Source: Moniliella sp. 'wahieum'
Lineage: Eukaryota
Length of the DNA: 64,000 nucleotides
Reading direction: 5' to 3'
NCBI GenBank assembly: GCA_003971905.1
Contig: RSEE01000015.1
Coordinates: 682,001 to 746,000, forward strand
A program made the position numbers and the translations under genes. Positions 15,524 through 30,193 of the stretch are shown here, in pieces; within the stretch, counting starts at the first letter, position 1, and each line of letters starts with the position of its first letter. The notes below the pieces were generated by a model that was not told the origin of the DNA, searched no databases, and saw only the letters and a program-made list of their open reading frames with translations.

Positions 15524-17199
15524 TCGGACGGTAAATCGAGCTGGTGTTACTGTCTAGAACCCCCAATTTTGACTCTTCTGCCTTGGCGAGCTGGACTCCT
15601 TCGGTCGTTGTGTGGGCTGTATCGAGTAAGGGCCCAAATCTACCGATGACGCACTGAGATGCTGCTGGCCGGACGGGGGGGGCAGGGCAACAGTCACAGC
15701 GGATGCGGAGGGATTGTGAGCGACCGTATATCGATACCGATTGTATGGGATCGTAAGGGCCGGGCGACGTGGAAGAGGAGGACTGGCTTCCCAATACAGG
15801 TGGCCCGTAGAGGATGGCCAAAGAGAGGGCGAAGGTTTGTATCCTCCGACCTGGTGTGGTTTTTTCTCTTTACCAGAGGAACGATATAGGGCAAGGGAAG
15901 TCTGATCCGGACAAAAGTTGCCCTCCCTCACCCCTTCTCCCATGACCGACTCCTTATTCGCCGTGCTGGAATCCTCTTGACTCAAAGCGTTAGCGGTCAA
16001 ATGGGATCGATGTGGCGGATGGCCGAGTGGGCTGGGCAGTAAGTGGCGAACGAGTGTGGAACATGTAAGGCAGACGCGGTATTATTGCAGACGGGAGTGG
16101 AACCAGGCGAAGGAAGGAGGATGGCGTTGTCTTCGCAACGAATCGAGGACGGCGCCAGGCATGGTTGCCGTACTCTGGAAGCATGTTGGCCGGGGGACGG
16201 CGCGAGAGGGTACGAGAAGGCGGGATGTGGGAAAGGTTCTCTGGTATGTAAGGAGAGAGAGAGAATGACTTGGAGGATAATGAGAGGGTCCTGACCGCAG
16301 TGGCTGCTGTTGACTGTAGACTGGAGAGATCTGGTTGTTGGAGGGGGAGGGGGATGGGGATGATTCAGAGTGGGGACACCTGAGCTGGGCCAGCAGCGGA
16401 AGTAGGACGGATGGAAGAGGACTGGGGGGGGTGGGCTGGGACCGGGGGATGGAAGAGAGATGGACGGTGGGCTCTGGCACGGTGGTGCCCATGGCATGCC
16501 GGAGCGACGAGACATAGGAGGAGGTGGTGCTGAAATTGGGATGCTGGTTCTGGGGACAGCGTCGGGAGAGAGGTAGAGAGACCGTCGGCGGCGGTGGCGG
16601 GGGAGAGGGGTGTGTGGTGATGCGCAGGTGGTGGGCTCCGTTGCTGGCGACAGACATGCTGGGGGGGATGGTGGAGCAGAGCAGCGCGGGAGAGGGAGCC
16701 GTGTGGTGCTGCGGCGCGATGGAGCGGGTGTGGCTGCGCCCGCACGCCTGGCTAGTAGAAGAAGAGGCGCGGGCTACACTGGCGAGGCAGTGCCGAGGCT
16801 GTGTCGACTGCATGCCGGCCGGGAGCAGAGGGCGATGGGTGCAGGCCTTGGCCCGCCCCGCTCGGCATTCAGGCAGCGGACCGACGCAGGCATGCAGTGG
16901 CCGACGTGCAGGCTGGCTGGCGAGGTGCGCAGGTGCGCTCTAAGATGCGGGCGAAGATGGCGTGTCGGACGGGCGGCCATGCACGCCGCTTTAATTATGC
17001 TGTCCGAGCCTGCTCAGCGTCCCCCGTTGCAGGCGGTGGCCCATGCCATGCGTGTCCTACGCCATGACGTCATCCTGCGCCACATCCACGGCCTATCGAG
17101 TGAGCCCACCATATGTATCGTCTTGCACAACAAGGACATGCAAATACTACACACTGCCCTTCCGGGTCCATCTGGGTATCATCCTCTCCCACTCCCCTC

Positions 17200-20100
17200 G
17201 TCTTCTTCTCGTCATGGCCCAGCAGGCGGCGCGCCAACACCACCTCCTCATCGCCCACCACCACAGCCCATCCAGCACACGCAGGTGCCCGCACGCCATG
17301 GCCAACGTGCCCCGGTGCAGCGACGCCCATGTACAAACCCTGCCGTCCAGGGCCGCGCACGCGCCACGCTGCATCAGCCTGCGTAGCTGCCGTTAGCCTG
17401 CTCTTCTCGGACCGTACCTCTCCTACCTCCAGTCTCCCCCATGGTCGCTTGGTCTGCATCTTGGTACAGCCCCGCCGTCGCCCCGTTCCGCGCGAGTCGA
17501 GCATCTCCACCCGTGTGCCCGCCAGCGCGCGCACCAGCTCCGACGTCCGGTCCACACCGCAGTAGCTCACATCCACCCGCTTCAACCGGCCCCACTCGCG
17601 CAGGACCCCCAGGTCCTGGCTCGTGCGCAGCGGGTTGTGCGAGCAGTCGAGGTGACGCAGCGCCGGACACCGATCGGGCAACCAGGCGGGCAATCTGCAC
17701 AGTTGGCAGTGAGCCAGGTCGAGGTAGACGAGCTGGGGTAGTTGCAGGTCGGCTTCCCTGCCGTCGTCTTCCATGCCCAATTGGCCATACGAGCTGGGCC
17801 AGGGCAATTCGATCCAGCAACTGCCCGACAGGAACAGTCGTTTGAGCGACGGAGGCAAGTGGCGCGGCCAGCTGATCACCATTCGCCATACGGCGCAGCG
17901 ACAACGTCTCAAGCACCGTGGCCTGAGCCAAGTTGGCAACCCAGTGTGGCCCGCGCAGCCACACCATCCGCATACAATGCCCGCAGCCCCTTTGGCCTTG
18001 CACATCCAGCATGCGCAACCGCGCATTAGGCTGACCTGCAGTAAGCGCAAGCGCGCACTGCGCCCCGAAGCTCAAGCGCTAACAAGTCATTCTCCTCCAC
18101 TCGCAGAGACCGAAGATGCATCGCACTCGCCAGCCCGTGCAGGCTGACCAGGCCGTTGCGCGCAAGCGAAAGGTGGCGCAGCCGTGGCTCGGGCGCGACG
18201 GCCAAGTCGACGGTGCGGACGCGGTTGTCATTAGCACTGAGCGTGTCGAGCAAGGGAAGCTGCAACACCGGACTCAAATCGCATATTTCGTTCTTGTCCA
18301 CCGTCAGCTTTCGTAGATGCACCAGCGCTGACAGACCTGCGAGGCAAAAAAAAAAACAAAGAAAATAGAAAATTAGTCGTGGTTCGTCTGGCTGCCATTC
18401 AGCTCCCATCGCCATCCACGTACCATCCAACCCTTGAATGCGATTCCCACTCAAATCCAGCGGTGAGCAGCGAAAGACGAAGCAACAAAGACATGCGTCG
18501 CTCAGTAAGTTGTGCCGCAGCTGCAGATCACCAGCGAGGCAGGCAACTCGCGTACTCCAGCACCCGCCAAGATTCTCGTTGAGAGACAGATGCGTGAGCG
18601 AGGGACAGCAGTCCCCCAGGCTGGTGTGACCGAGTGGCGGCGACCGCGAATCGACCTGCCCGGCCAGGTCACTGTCCCGCAGCCGCTGCCCACTTAAGTC
18701 CAGGAGCGTGATCGTGGGCCAGTGGCCCGGCTGCAGCCAAGGAAGAGGAGCGCGTCCAACGTGAGGCGGGCAAGATGGTCAACAGCCGACGCAGCTAGCG
18801 ATCCAACTGACTCATCTGCCAGGGTAGCTGCTCGGGGCGGCGGAGACTGTGCCGCAGTTGGCTTGCTTGCCGCGATCCGTTTCCTATCTTCGGGGGTTCG
18901 TGCCCGAGATACCGCTTCCCCGGCCGCGCTCGCATTGTGCGCCTCAGGCTGCCCCCCCCATCTGAGGAGAAACCGAGGCTGAAGCCGAAGCAGACACGGG
19001 TACCGGGAGCTGAGGGGTTACGTTTCGGAATGCTGGGACCGCCCCCCGCACACTGGGAGGAGGTCGTTTAGATTCATGGGCAGTGCAAGATCAGGGAAGA
19101 GCATCGACGTTTCCGCTGGGGCTGCTGACGATGGTGCCATAGCAGGTTCCGATTGGACCTGTCCACCGCCCATCCCAGGTGCAAAGCGGCCCAACGGTCG
19201 CCTTATCCTCTTTTTCCGGGGCGAAGGAGAAGGAAAAAGGGTAGGTGGTAGCGGCGGGGCGATCCCCATGGGCCAGGCAGCTTGCCCGTCCCCATCCTGT
19301 TCCCGTGTACGTGTTGGCTTAGCTGGCGTAGATCGCCGCGAGCTGAGCACAGGCCGGCCATGGGGCCGGCGCATAGTAGCAGGGACCGATGCGGCCACGG
19401 GGGATGCTTTCAAACCCGGCTGGGACCGGAAACGTTTTTCTTCCCGCCCCGTGAAGGTCAGGTCGGGAGAGGGTAAATTGCGGTTTCCGTTCGACCGAGG
19501 CAAGGGGCGGCAAAGGTCGGGTTGGAGAGCCAGGTGGAGGGGTGGAAGCCTGAGGAGCTGATTTGGGGGCTGCTGGGGGTTTTGCTTCGGTGGTAGGTGC
19601 CAAAGGAAGCGTCATTGAGAAGGAGAATTCACCTACGATGGGGGCAGGCGGCGGGAGCGGGTAGGCGAGGGCAAAACAAAGGTTTGGTTGCCATTCACCG
19701 TGCTTTGTTCAGGTGAAGGATCCGAAGAAGACGGCGGTACGGAATCTTCCTGAGGTGGGGGAAGCGGGGATGAGACTCTGCCAGGGAGAGCAAGGTGGAT
19801 GCCCGTATTTGCCTTGGGCGTTGGGCGTACAGGAGACGGCGATCCGGGGAAAGAAAGTGAGGTGCTGGCAGACCCCAACTGGGGTGCATTGGATTGGAGC
19901 CCATGCGCAACACCCATCGAATCTGGACGCGGGGTGAGGGAAGCCTCTTGGGCTCCAGGGACGTGACCTCTTGTACCTCTACCTGGAGCTCTGGCTCGGT
20001 ACGACTCCAGCAGATTGCAGCCCAGATGGCAATCCCAGTCCAGGGGGTGCATGTATCGTTTGGTCATGATCAGTCGCATGCCGGAATCCACGATAGGGAG

Positions 20101-20846
20101 AACTCCGTGGTTCGGGCGCGGTGGGTGGACGATCGGGGAATCCGATTGGTGGATTAGGGAGGAGCGGCGATTGACGGCCGAGGCGGACACCTCGGGTCCG
20201 AAGAGTAGCCAGGTTGGTGTTGGACTGGGCCGGGGTGGAAGGCTGGGCACCAGGGAGACGGGACCAAGATCGATGCATCATACGCGTAAGTGAAACTTCG
20301 TCTTGTTCCTCCAATGCCGGCCCCAAAGCCTGCAGGGCCGCCGCACGAGGGGGCGCAAACCCGAACGGGGCGGACTGGGTGCCTGCGTGCTGCGGACGCG
20401 CCTGGTCGAACATGCGCTCCAGCTTAGATGGGCTAAATAGGTGGTGGTGCCTCGATCATATGTAGTGCGCCTCATATCCTTCTCTCCCACGGGGGAGAAG
20501 CATCGTCGGCTGGACCATGGTGCCCTCGGAAGCGACAGAGGCGTTAGCATCAGAGGATGAGATGGCGCGGGCACGGCGGCCACCGTTTCCGGAGAAGAGG
20601 TGTCTGCTCGGGGACGGATGTAGCAGAGGGGGCTGAGGGGGCGTGTTTGGCCGTCGGGGTCGAGCTTATGGAACGGGCGGCTGCGACGGGGCTGGTGGCA
20701 GGGGCTTCCGGTGCCGGGGGCAGCAAGGAGCCAGCCCAGCTCTGGCTCAAGTCTTGAAAGAGATGCGCGGCCAGGCCCATGGACGAGGGAACCCGCGATG
20801 CAAGCTCAACGAGGTGGGGTGCGATGGTGGCTGGGAAGAACGACAC
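17200..20846 (-). CDS. NUD1: Leucine-rich repeat protein, Nud1/Cdc11-like SPB scaffold (start and exon structure uncertain)
   Basis: Long S/P-rich N-terminal region followed by SDS22-type LRRs (LRKLTVDKNEI, LDTLSANDNRV, LRHLSLARNGL, LVYLDLAHCQL, LRHLDCSHNPL) and C-terminal cap HRGTLAMACGHLRVLDG. Confidence 0.6.
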
Positions 20847-21350
20847 GAGCCGGGGTGCGATTGCTGTTGGGTCCGAGGTGCCCGCAACGCAACGCGTAGG
20901 ATTTGCCGGATTAACAGCAGTGGCTGGTGATGATGAATAGAATGTTTAGAGTTCCATTGAACGCAATATTCAATCTTGATCGATGATCGTCGTGTACAAG
21001 CGATCACTTGGATAGTCACCGGTCGCTGGTCGCCGTGCTCGGTGACATGGCTCGTCACATCATGCATCACCGGTCACTGCTTTACTCTGTGGCCTGTGGG
21101 GCGGCTGTTCTGGGGTGCAGTGCTAGTGACTAGTGACTGGTGATGCATGATGCATTGGTGCATTAGGTCATGCATGATGCAGATGTTCATGTTCTACTGT
21201 TTGTTTGAGATTCAGACACGGACTGGCCGTCCCCAGCTCACCTGAATTTCGACCTTGCTTCCACCCACCCATGTCTGTTGTCTTTAGCCCCAGTGGCCAT
21301 TCATGAGGTGTAGGCAAAACTCACCCCTTGCGTGGGCTTCCGTCGTCTCC

Positions 21351-22735
21351 TCAGAACACCGTGCCGTCCGAGACGATTGAGATGGGGGGCACCCCGCCCG
21401 CACGCTTCTCCGCAGCCACTTCCCGGCCACCTTTCCAGGTCGCCGCCTCCAGCACCTGGGGAAGCGTAACTGGCTTTCTTCCAATCCAAAATGTGTCCGC
21501 AGCGCCTCTGCCGTTCGGTCCAGCAGGACCACCGTCAGTGCACGCCATTCGACGACGGCCGGTGGTCGGGAGAAAGAGACGGAATGACCGTCTGGCCTTC
21601 TTTGGGTGGGTCCACTCCACCCGCCTTGTACAGCGCCGCTGTCGGCTGCAAGAGGCCCAGGTCCATAAACAGCCCCCCATTGCGGTACTCGGGCAGCCCA
21701 GTCTGCGCCTCACCTCCTTCAAATGACCATCCCAACGTGCGCGTGAGAGGCGCCAAAAGCGAGTAGCAGAGCCATTGCGTGAGCTTGTGGAACGGGACTA
21801 GCGTTTCGTACTGCAGCCGGTCCTCATTCCAGTCCGGATGGGCCTGGGAGAGAGCAATCTTCAAAGACTCGCACGGCCACACATCGCCCAGTCGCTCTCC
21901 TGCCCACAAAATACGCTCCTCAGCCGGCCAGATGGGGTTGAGCCCCACAACCAGTGCCTCCCACAGAACGGGAACTTGCACCACCGTCTCTCCCTCATCG
22001 TGACGAGTGGTAGGATGAGAGGCGAGGTAATCCACCAAGTTGCCTGGACGACGGGGCACACCCTCCCCCTCTTCTGGCCCCACAAAGAAGCCATGCTTGT
22101 CGCCCGCCAGAGTCGAGCCTAGATGCGCCAGTAACGAAGCGCGTCCTTCCAGCCCATCCATAGGGTTGTCTTTGCTAACTTGCATAGCATCCGCGAGCTT
22201 TTGAGGCGTAAGGCGTTCAAGCCCTACAGCATCTGCTTGAGCCTGGGCCACGGCGTCCCCTTGTCCTACCGAAGAGAAGAGCCTTGAGTAAACATATGCA
22301 GACTCGCAACTGCCAGTCCTTCCGACCGACCAATTTTCTTGTTGGTGCCGGGCTCGGTATAGGCCCATGTGGGGCCCGCTCCAGCGTCCAAGAGAACCGA
22401 AACGAGGAAAAGATCAATCAGTTTGCGTGCTGTTCCTTGGCCGACACGCCATCCCACGTGCCCAGTAGTAGAGCTTCGACCCGCTTGACGCCGGCCGCAT
22501 CAAAATGCTGCCACCGCCCATGGGGGGGGATGGCAGCAAAATCCTTGCCAAAGTCGCGGGTAAGAATGGCGGCAGTGTAGTCTACCACGGCCTGCTGGCG
22601 GTCAGGGTGCAAGGTCCAGTACTGAGTCTTGCCCTTGGCAGCGAGTGCAAACACCTCGTTGCACTTTTCCCGGATGGTGGGCAGTGCGCGCAGGTGCGCA
22701 ACCTGCTCAGCTCCAGTCGACGATGGGAATGACAT
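21351..22735 (-). CDS. URC4: DUF1688 / Urc4 (Urg3) uracil-catabolism family protein
   Basis: IPPHGRWQHF, DLFLVSVLLDAGAGPTW, GRSEGLAVASL, NPMDGLEGRASLL, LVPFHKLTQWLCYSL, TGLPEYRNGGL, LPQVLEAATWKGGRE, PPISIVSDGTVF*. Confidence 0.9.
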
Positions 22736-23264
22736 GGGGGAGAGGTGAATGAGAGATCGGATGGACGGAGGGCGGGTGGGGGAAGGAGATGGTGGCGCTG
22801 CGAATGGTCGCAACCCGACCCAGCTGGCCAAGAGCCTAACCCAGTCCCCAATTAGTCCGCTAGTCGAGAGGGAGCCACGTCAGGGCCTCAGGGCATCAGG
22901 GCCTCAGGCGACGCCTCAGCGAGCCTGGGCGATCATTGATAAGCGCCAAGCGCCCCGGCCCGGCCTCTCCGGGCGAGGGGTCCGTGTAGCATCGGACCTG
23001 GCTCTTGCAATTTGCAATTTGCAATTTCGAAGATAGTGATTAGCGACTATGGTCCGGTGACTATCACCGGTGGCGCCACCTCTGTCGTCAAAGATACGCC
23101 AGCAGTTGGTAGACATGGTATCTTTGTGGGAATCTGAATGGCGTGGACGGCTTGTCTATCATGGGGGCTATGGGGCTACCTCCATCCCGTTAGCCGGAGG
23201 TCTTTTTGACGGTCCACGACTATCTTGCATCTAAGAATGACCGCCCCATCGAGATACCCTTAAG

Positions 23265-24618
23265 TTGATCGCTTCGTCCACGGCTCAGAACTCAGTCCCG
23301 TGTCACGCCCCGCACGCCTTGGCCGCATCGGACACAAGCCCAGGGGGCTTCGCCTGGGTCTGCTGCTGCCTGGTCCGCCGTTTCCTCCGCCAGCAAGGCG
23401 GATGCGAGGCGAGTAGTAATCGTAGGTACACCCGCACGGTACCGCCCGTGCTGGCAAGGAGATGACCGACTCGGCTTCCACCTGGGCCAGACCTGGGGTA
23501 GCCATCGTCTCGTCTCGCCCATCCTGCTGCTCATCCACATCTGCCACCACCGCCCTAGCGAACGTCGAAGGGTCGAGGGGGTTCGGAAAGGCCTTGGCTC
23601 ACGTGAAAGCTGGGTCGAGCATGCTCGCTTGCCTCCTGGTGCGATTGCAGGGCGGGTCCTCCCCTCGCACCCAGCATAAGGGGCAAATGTGGGGTCCAAC
23701 CCTTGGGCAGGGGGCATCTCTGGCGCTTCCTCCGCCGCTGGTCCCCCAGCGCCCATGATCTGCTTAACCTTGGCTGTTTGGGTGCGGACAAGGCGACGCA
23801 CACGCGTGATGACCCTCTTTGCACGGAGAAGAGGGAGGAGAAAAACGAGAAACTCGGTGAGCGCCTGCCAAACCAATTGTCGATTGAGAAACTCGAAGGA
23901 TACGTTCCGCGCCGCCGACCGATTGGCGTAGACGAGCCGAATGCCCAGCACTCGGTCTGCCAGGGAGCGGTATTTGCCATTCATAAGAAAGGCTGAAAGG
24001 TTGAGGAACGATCCTACGACCAAAAGACGCCGAGCTGTGTCACTCACCCGCTCAGTGAGCCGAGCGAGATTGGCAAGGGAAAACGTCTCGTTGGAGGGGT
24101 AGACTTCATGCTCGGCGGCCGCGGCCGCGGCGGAGGCAAGACGGGTATGAAGATAAGGAAGGATAGCAGTAACGAGTGGGTACGCGGCTTTTGTATCAGG
24201 CTTAATGGTGCATCGACAGCAGCGCCAGGAAAGGAAGCGCCATGAGCACGTTCGTTACGGTAACGCAGATTTTGCATCGAGGCTCCGTAGGTGGCAGCAC
24301 GCGGGCCCAGATAGCAAGACGACAAAGGGCAAGGCGCAGAATGAGCAAAAGCTCAGGCTGCCATGCGACAGCCAGGCCGGAATGGATTGTGTCGAGGGCA
24401 GATCGGAGGGGAGCGAGGAGCAGGGTTTGGAGCTCGTCGTCTAGCAGCTCAGCGTCGAGCTGGCCAACCCGGGCGACGCGTAAAGCGGGCGCAGCGACCT
24501 GGCCTTGGCGCAGCGCTCGGCGGATGGAGCGCACGTTGGGCGCAGCCTCGCGGGCGGAGGCAGCCCAAAACGGCTCAAGGGACGACGCGACGGCACCGAC
24601 GGGTGGGGAGCGGTGCAT
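23265..24618 (-). CDS. PEX2: Peroxin-2 (Pex2_Pex12 domain + C-terminal RING)
   Basis: LRVARVGQLDAELLDDEL, PELLLILR, ATYGASMQNLRY, FLMNGKYRSLADRVLGIRL, VSFEFLNRQLVWQALTEFLVFL, RING remnants PCGCTYDYY..WACVRCG. Confidence 0.9.
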
Positions 24619-25100
24619 GGCGGCGGGGAATGACTAATGATGGATAGCAGTTGGTTTTGCCGGTGGATGGTCTTCAAATCATAAGCACAGATCCTAGAGA
24701 CACGATCCGATGGAGGATCATCTGTCAGACCTGTCAGGCTGTCACGCCGGTGGTCAGGCCTGGGCCTCAGGGGCCTCAGGCTGAGGTCCAGGGCAAATGA
24801 AAGCCCGGGTAAATGGCGTCTGGGTGCGGGGAAAAGCTGAAAGCAGCCTGGGTTGCCCCGGTACCTTGACCGGTCAAGTGACCGCCGAAGTTTGAACATT
24901 GAATCTGAAAGGCCAACCTGAGGTGGCGGAACGCTGGAGGCGGAATGAAGATGCCCCCGGAGGAATGTTGAACGTTCAATATTGAATGTGGGTTGCAGCT
25001 GGGTCCGGACATTACCGAGCTTGGGTTCCCGCCACCCGCGCGCCAATCGTCACATCCAGCAGCTGCCCTCCTCGACTCCTCCCCGCCGCGGACCCACCGA

Positions 25101-25849
25101 ATGCTTCTGCTGCTGCGGCTGTCGTACGCCCCGCAGCGGCTACCTCACGTGCTGCTCTTGCCGCCGGCCGCGTCCATTCCTGTGTCCCGCCGCCGCCATT
25201 GCACGCACAGGCCAGCCTAGCGCTGGCATGCGCACGCCCGCCCGCTCCTCCCTGCCATCTACCGCGCCCTGCACGCCAGACTTTGGCTTGGCGTCCAGTC
25301 GCCAGCCCAGCCCTCAGCCCCCTGCTGCTTCTGATGCATCTGCCGCCGCTGCCTCTCCCGATCCCGCTCGTGTGGTAGACACCGTCTTGGTCCATGCCCC
25401 CTCGTCGGCCCGCCGAACCCGGTTGAACGAGGGCGAACCGGCAGGTTGTGTCTGACGCGCGCGTGCGGCCGAACGCCTGGGCGGCGCTTTGAACGCGGAC
25501 TCGAATCTGGGTGCGTTGCGGTTGGCAGTGGAGCCCGGGGGATGTCCGGTACAGGGTACCAATATAAGATCGCCCTGGGATGCAGAGCAGGACGAGGACG
25601 ATTTGTATGTACTGCTCTCCCCCTGTGGCGTTGCGGTTGATCTGACCCCCTATGGCTAGGTTTTTTTGAGGGCTTCCCCAGGTGCACGAGTGGTGGTCGA
25701 CAGTACCTCGTTGCACTGATCAAAGGCTCTATCATTGACTTTGTCACCGAGCTCATTGGGAGCCAATTCATCATTCGCGACAACCCCCAAGCCAAGGGTG
25801 CTGGGTGCGGGTGTGGCATCAGCTGGGAACCCAAAGATCCATTCTTTGA
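25101..25849 (+). CDS. ISA2: Mitochondrial A-type Fe-S cluster assembly protein Isa2 (not recovered as one ORF in the track)
   Basis: Manual translation: LRLAVEPGGC..GYQYK, intron GTATGT(~25605)..CTGAC..TAG(~25659), ARVVVDSTSLALIKGSIIDFVTELIGSQFIIRDNPQAKGAGCGCGISWEPK*. Confidence 0.9.
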
Positions 25850-27249
25850 CCTATTCTTTTTATCCTGCTTCTCCCGTTCACCGTTGCTGTGAATCGACAC
25901 CCCTCACTGAACATCGATATTCTTACCTCACAGTGTACCGTATTTCCGTGGTGGTGGGGAAACAGAAGAAAATGAGGAGATGGCTAGGAGATGTACAGTG
26001 CTCGCGTCCCAGGCCCCAGCTGAAGAACCAGGATGGAACGGAAACGATTTTGAGACCCTGTCATTAGCAGGACGCAGGTCAGTGCGTCAATGCTGGTGCC
26101 GGCATCCAAGGCAGCACTGAGAATGTAGCTGTGCCGCTCAAACTATGGGGGTGACGCCTGAGTGCCCACTGCTGTAACATCCAAGCTACGATGAGCAGTA
26201 GGGTGATCTGAACGTGCTGGGGGGGAAACGAGGCATCAATTAGGAGAAACCAGAGCCGAACCAGCACAGCCGGGAATCGAAGTAAGTTGGCTGGGCACCT
26301 ATTGGGCGTATACCCTTGTCCTGGATGGGAACGGGGAAATGGAGAGATGTGTGAGCCACCTGATTCTATAGCGACTTGGCGATTATCCAGAACCCATGCG
26401 AACAAGGGCAACACAGTCCCCAGAAGGAACCCCCGATACAAGATGAGGTACTTGCCTACAAAAGACTCGGCGGGGCCAGCACTTCCCAGACGATGGAGAC
26501 GCTATAAAATATCGAGTTTGCGGCGATCACTGGTATGTCGGGGCCTCTTTGTGCCATCATGGAATGACGGCTGCTATTCGACGGTGCACAAGGACGATGC
26601 ACAGCAGAATCAAGTCACCACACACCCAACCACTGTAGCCCACATCTGAACAATGGCCATGCTATACCATCTCAGCGCCCGACAGGGGAAATGCAGGGAG
26701 GAGGGAAGCGAGGCAAGGCGTACCTTTCGGGTGGGACTTTCATCAGTAATGGGCCAGCTTGAGGCCCGCGAGCAAGTCCTGCGCCTAGGACATGCTCATG
26801 TGGCCATACGAGCAATTGCTCCCACCCGAGTCTTATGTAGTGGATACGTGGAGCCAGACCAAACGGACCAATCTCCCCAGGTTCATCCGCTGCGCTATCG
26901 CACCATGTTTCCTTGGTATGGGCAAAAGAACAAAGGGCATGTAACATAGCATACGGTGTATGACAGAAGGCCCAGCTCCGGGAGCTAGTCAAGAGAGTGT
27001 GGATACAGTAGGTAAAAGGGCGGAAAAAGGTGACTCCTGGGCCACACACCGAATCTTTCGGTGCACGGCAAGGAAGGTAGAAGTGGGAAGGGATGAGGAA
27101 GGGCTAGTTGGAAGGGCATCGAGCATTGTCCAGATGGGCGGAGGGTGAGGGTGGGGGCTAGAAGCAGAAGGGGTGGGAGGAGGGGGCGCATACGCAACGC
27201 CAGCAACAAAGCCAGTAGAGAGCAGGAAGGGATGGAAGTCGCCGGGCCG

Positions 27250-28377
27250 AAGTCACAAAAGGAAACCGACCTTATCGACGCATAGCTCCCGCCATGCCCC
27301 CACGTCGAACTTTGTGGCCACGGGTAGGGGGAAGGGACTGGGCACGACCAAAGGGATGATGGACTTGGTGCTCGGGTCCTGGTCATGACCCGCGGGACTC
27401 CAGACCGCATCGCTACGTTCCACAGGGGTGCTGCCTCGGTGCCAGCACCGACAGCAGGTAGAAGCGAGCGCTTGTTCGTCGAGTTACCATTGGCATCTTG
27501 CGATGAGGGAGATTTGGAATGGTGGGACAAGGGAATGCCCACACCCAAACCCACAGCCAGTCCAACAATCAGGAAGATGACGACGACAATGCAAATGCGC
27601 ATGGTGCGAGTAGCGTTTGCTGAGAGCGCACATACTTCTCGCTTTGCTGCGTAATGGGATCCGACTTGTCCTGAGCATGCCGTTGCGCCATGGAAAAGCG
27701 TTTCCAAAACGATGCACCCGACCCATCCACATCCCATTCGCTCCCGTCCCCATTGGATCCCCAGAAGGCGTCCCGAGTTTGAGCCTGGTGAGCCTGCTTC
27801 TCCGTGCTTAGATTGGGACTGTCACCCATACCGGGGGCAATGCGGACAGGACCAGGAGCAATGGGTTGGCCCAAGAGTCGAGCCATGCTCCTGCGCAGCG
27901 TCGAGGGCTTCCGTTGCATCCCTCCGGTCCCCATCTGAGATTGGAGCGACGCTTGACTCGGCTGAGCATGGTGGCGCGAGGAGAAGGCGTTGATGCTGCG
28001 ACGAAGAAGGGAGGGCTTACGGGTGGGACGCTGAGCCTGTCCCTGAGCAGGTAACGCACGCCCCATCTCCGGTTCGGCGCTGGGGTGAAACTGCTGCGCA
28101 TAACCAGAGGGAGACACCGACCCACCTCGCGCCACAGCGGCCGAAGGCATGGCCACCGCGCCAGGCGCTCGCATCCCCGCCCCCGGCGCGCGACCTGGCT
28201 GCGATGCTGCGGCGCGTGCGGCCTGGAGCGCAGGTGGCTTGCCTGCCGTGCCACGGGCAAAGGCGTAGGGTCGGCAAACGTGTCGCTGGAGCCAAGAGAG
28301 GAGTCGGTGGGATAGAGCTTGAGGTTGTCCAGCAGCTCCTCTCTGCGCTCCGAGGGGGTGCGCACGGGCGCGGGCAT
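27250..28377 (-). CDS. Hypothetical single-pass membrane protein (3' end approximate)
   Basis: MPAPVRTPSERREELL..., SEWDVDGSGASFWKRFSMAQR, intron ~27575-27645, TM ICIVVVIFLIVGLAVGLGVGIPL. Confidence 0.55.
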
Positions 28378-30193
28378 GGTAAAGAGCGTGGGGGAAGGGG
28401 GCGACGGAAGGGGAGGCGAGAGAGAAAAGGAGGCGGGAGGAAAGATGGAACGGTGGTTGGAGCTGGGTGCGTGAAGGGTGAGATCTGAGAAGCTGACTCG
28501 TCAAGTTGACAGCACCAGTATGGCTTGACGCGGGAGCGAGATGGGCAGGACAGTTAAGCCAGTTACTTGGCAGTGCGGGTGCGGGCGCTGGCAGTGTGTC
28601 CGTGTGCTGGCAGGATGCTTGCAGTGGGCGGCAGGCCCACTGCGGTGCGCCACGTGCTGGGAGCAATGCCCGCCCCCGCTGAGGCGCGGAGGCAGGACTG
28701 GCGCGGTGCCTGTGCCTCTCACAGCGAAACTGCTCGATCGCCTTGCATGGCGCGGCTGAGCCGCGGAGCGCTGGCTGAGCTCTGCGCTGCAGGGACTAGG
28801 CTGCAGCCAGCGGATCTGTCATCGATGATCGGCATCCGGCAGCGCAGGCAGGCACGGCATCAGGTCTTCAGGCCTGCACGGGGCAAGCGACGATCGATCA
28901 TCGATCGTCTCTGTGCTGTGGTGCGACGTCGTATGATGTGACATGTGACGCCGTGACGTGTAACATGTAAGGCCTCAGCCTCACGTGCAGCATGCAGCAG
29001 GATGCAGGGACGACTGGCGGGCGCTGGGTGTGACATGCATGACAGCGCTGTCGCATGTCACATGTCGCAGGTGATGTACACGACATGCGCAACAGGATGC
29101 GGCGGATCGCTTTGCGGCCAAATACGCCGGGGGCCCGAGGCCGGCCCAAGGTGGCAGATGGCCGGTGGCCGTGGTCGAGCACATATAGCTGCGCACGCTG
29201 CCATCCCACATCCACACCGCACACCTCCATCGAGAAGCGCAGATCAGTGCTTGGCACTTAGTACTTAGCGCTTATAGCGCTTAGACTTAGCGCTTAGCCC
29301 AGATCCTCCCCCTCGCCACTGCGGGCCACTGCCTGCCACTGCTCTCTCGATCTTAGCGTACGCAGTAACCGGGGTAACCGGCAACCCGTCGCTGTAAGTC
29401 ACTAGCGTCACTCGACCCACTGCACCCGGCCACCCTTCCCGCCACCAATAACACGGCCCCGTAGACACCGATTAATCATCCGGTATCCAACGGGGACGTC
29501 TCCGCCATCATGTGCACGCATCATGCCCAAGCCGAGCGGTGGTTGAGGTCAGCACGCATCACATCGTTGTACGATGGCAAGGAAGGATGCTTCTATCTTC
29601 TTCTCGCTCCTAGACCCACTATTCACCTTGGTTGACCCCACCCATGCCAGAACCATGCCAGCACTCCCATATATATATCGGCCACAGATTTGTTCGCCGC
29701 CCTGTTTTGGACACTAGTGTCTTGAAGCAAGAGGTCTATAGGAGCAAAACAGGGTGTGACGGATCACCACACATTCCCACAGGATGTGGGTATGATCCTT
29801 GTTCTAGATCTTCCTTGTCCCCTTTTGTGTCTCTTTCCCCTCATCACGCGTGGTCTACCGTGTGATAGCTTCTCCTTCTCCTCTGGTATATAAGGCGCCA
29901 TTCCATGCAGCCTGAATGAATACCTGTCGGCATCCGAAGCAATCCCCCTCTTACAGGGTGGGAACAGGATAAAGAGCCCCAATTGAACGTGAGCTACAGA
30001 AAAGAAATGGGACATATGGGGGTAGATCAGAGCCACCCTCATTGCTACTGTTGCCAACAGTCCACACTCTCCGACCAGAGGAGTGGTATAAAACGATGCG
30101 GACAATGTCACTCTCCAAAAAGAAAAAGAATGCCACATGGCGTCCAAAATGCTCCGACACTCTTCGTATCCAGCCACCACAGCTACAGCGGCA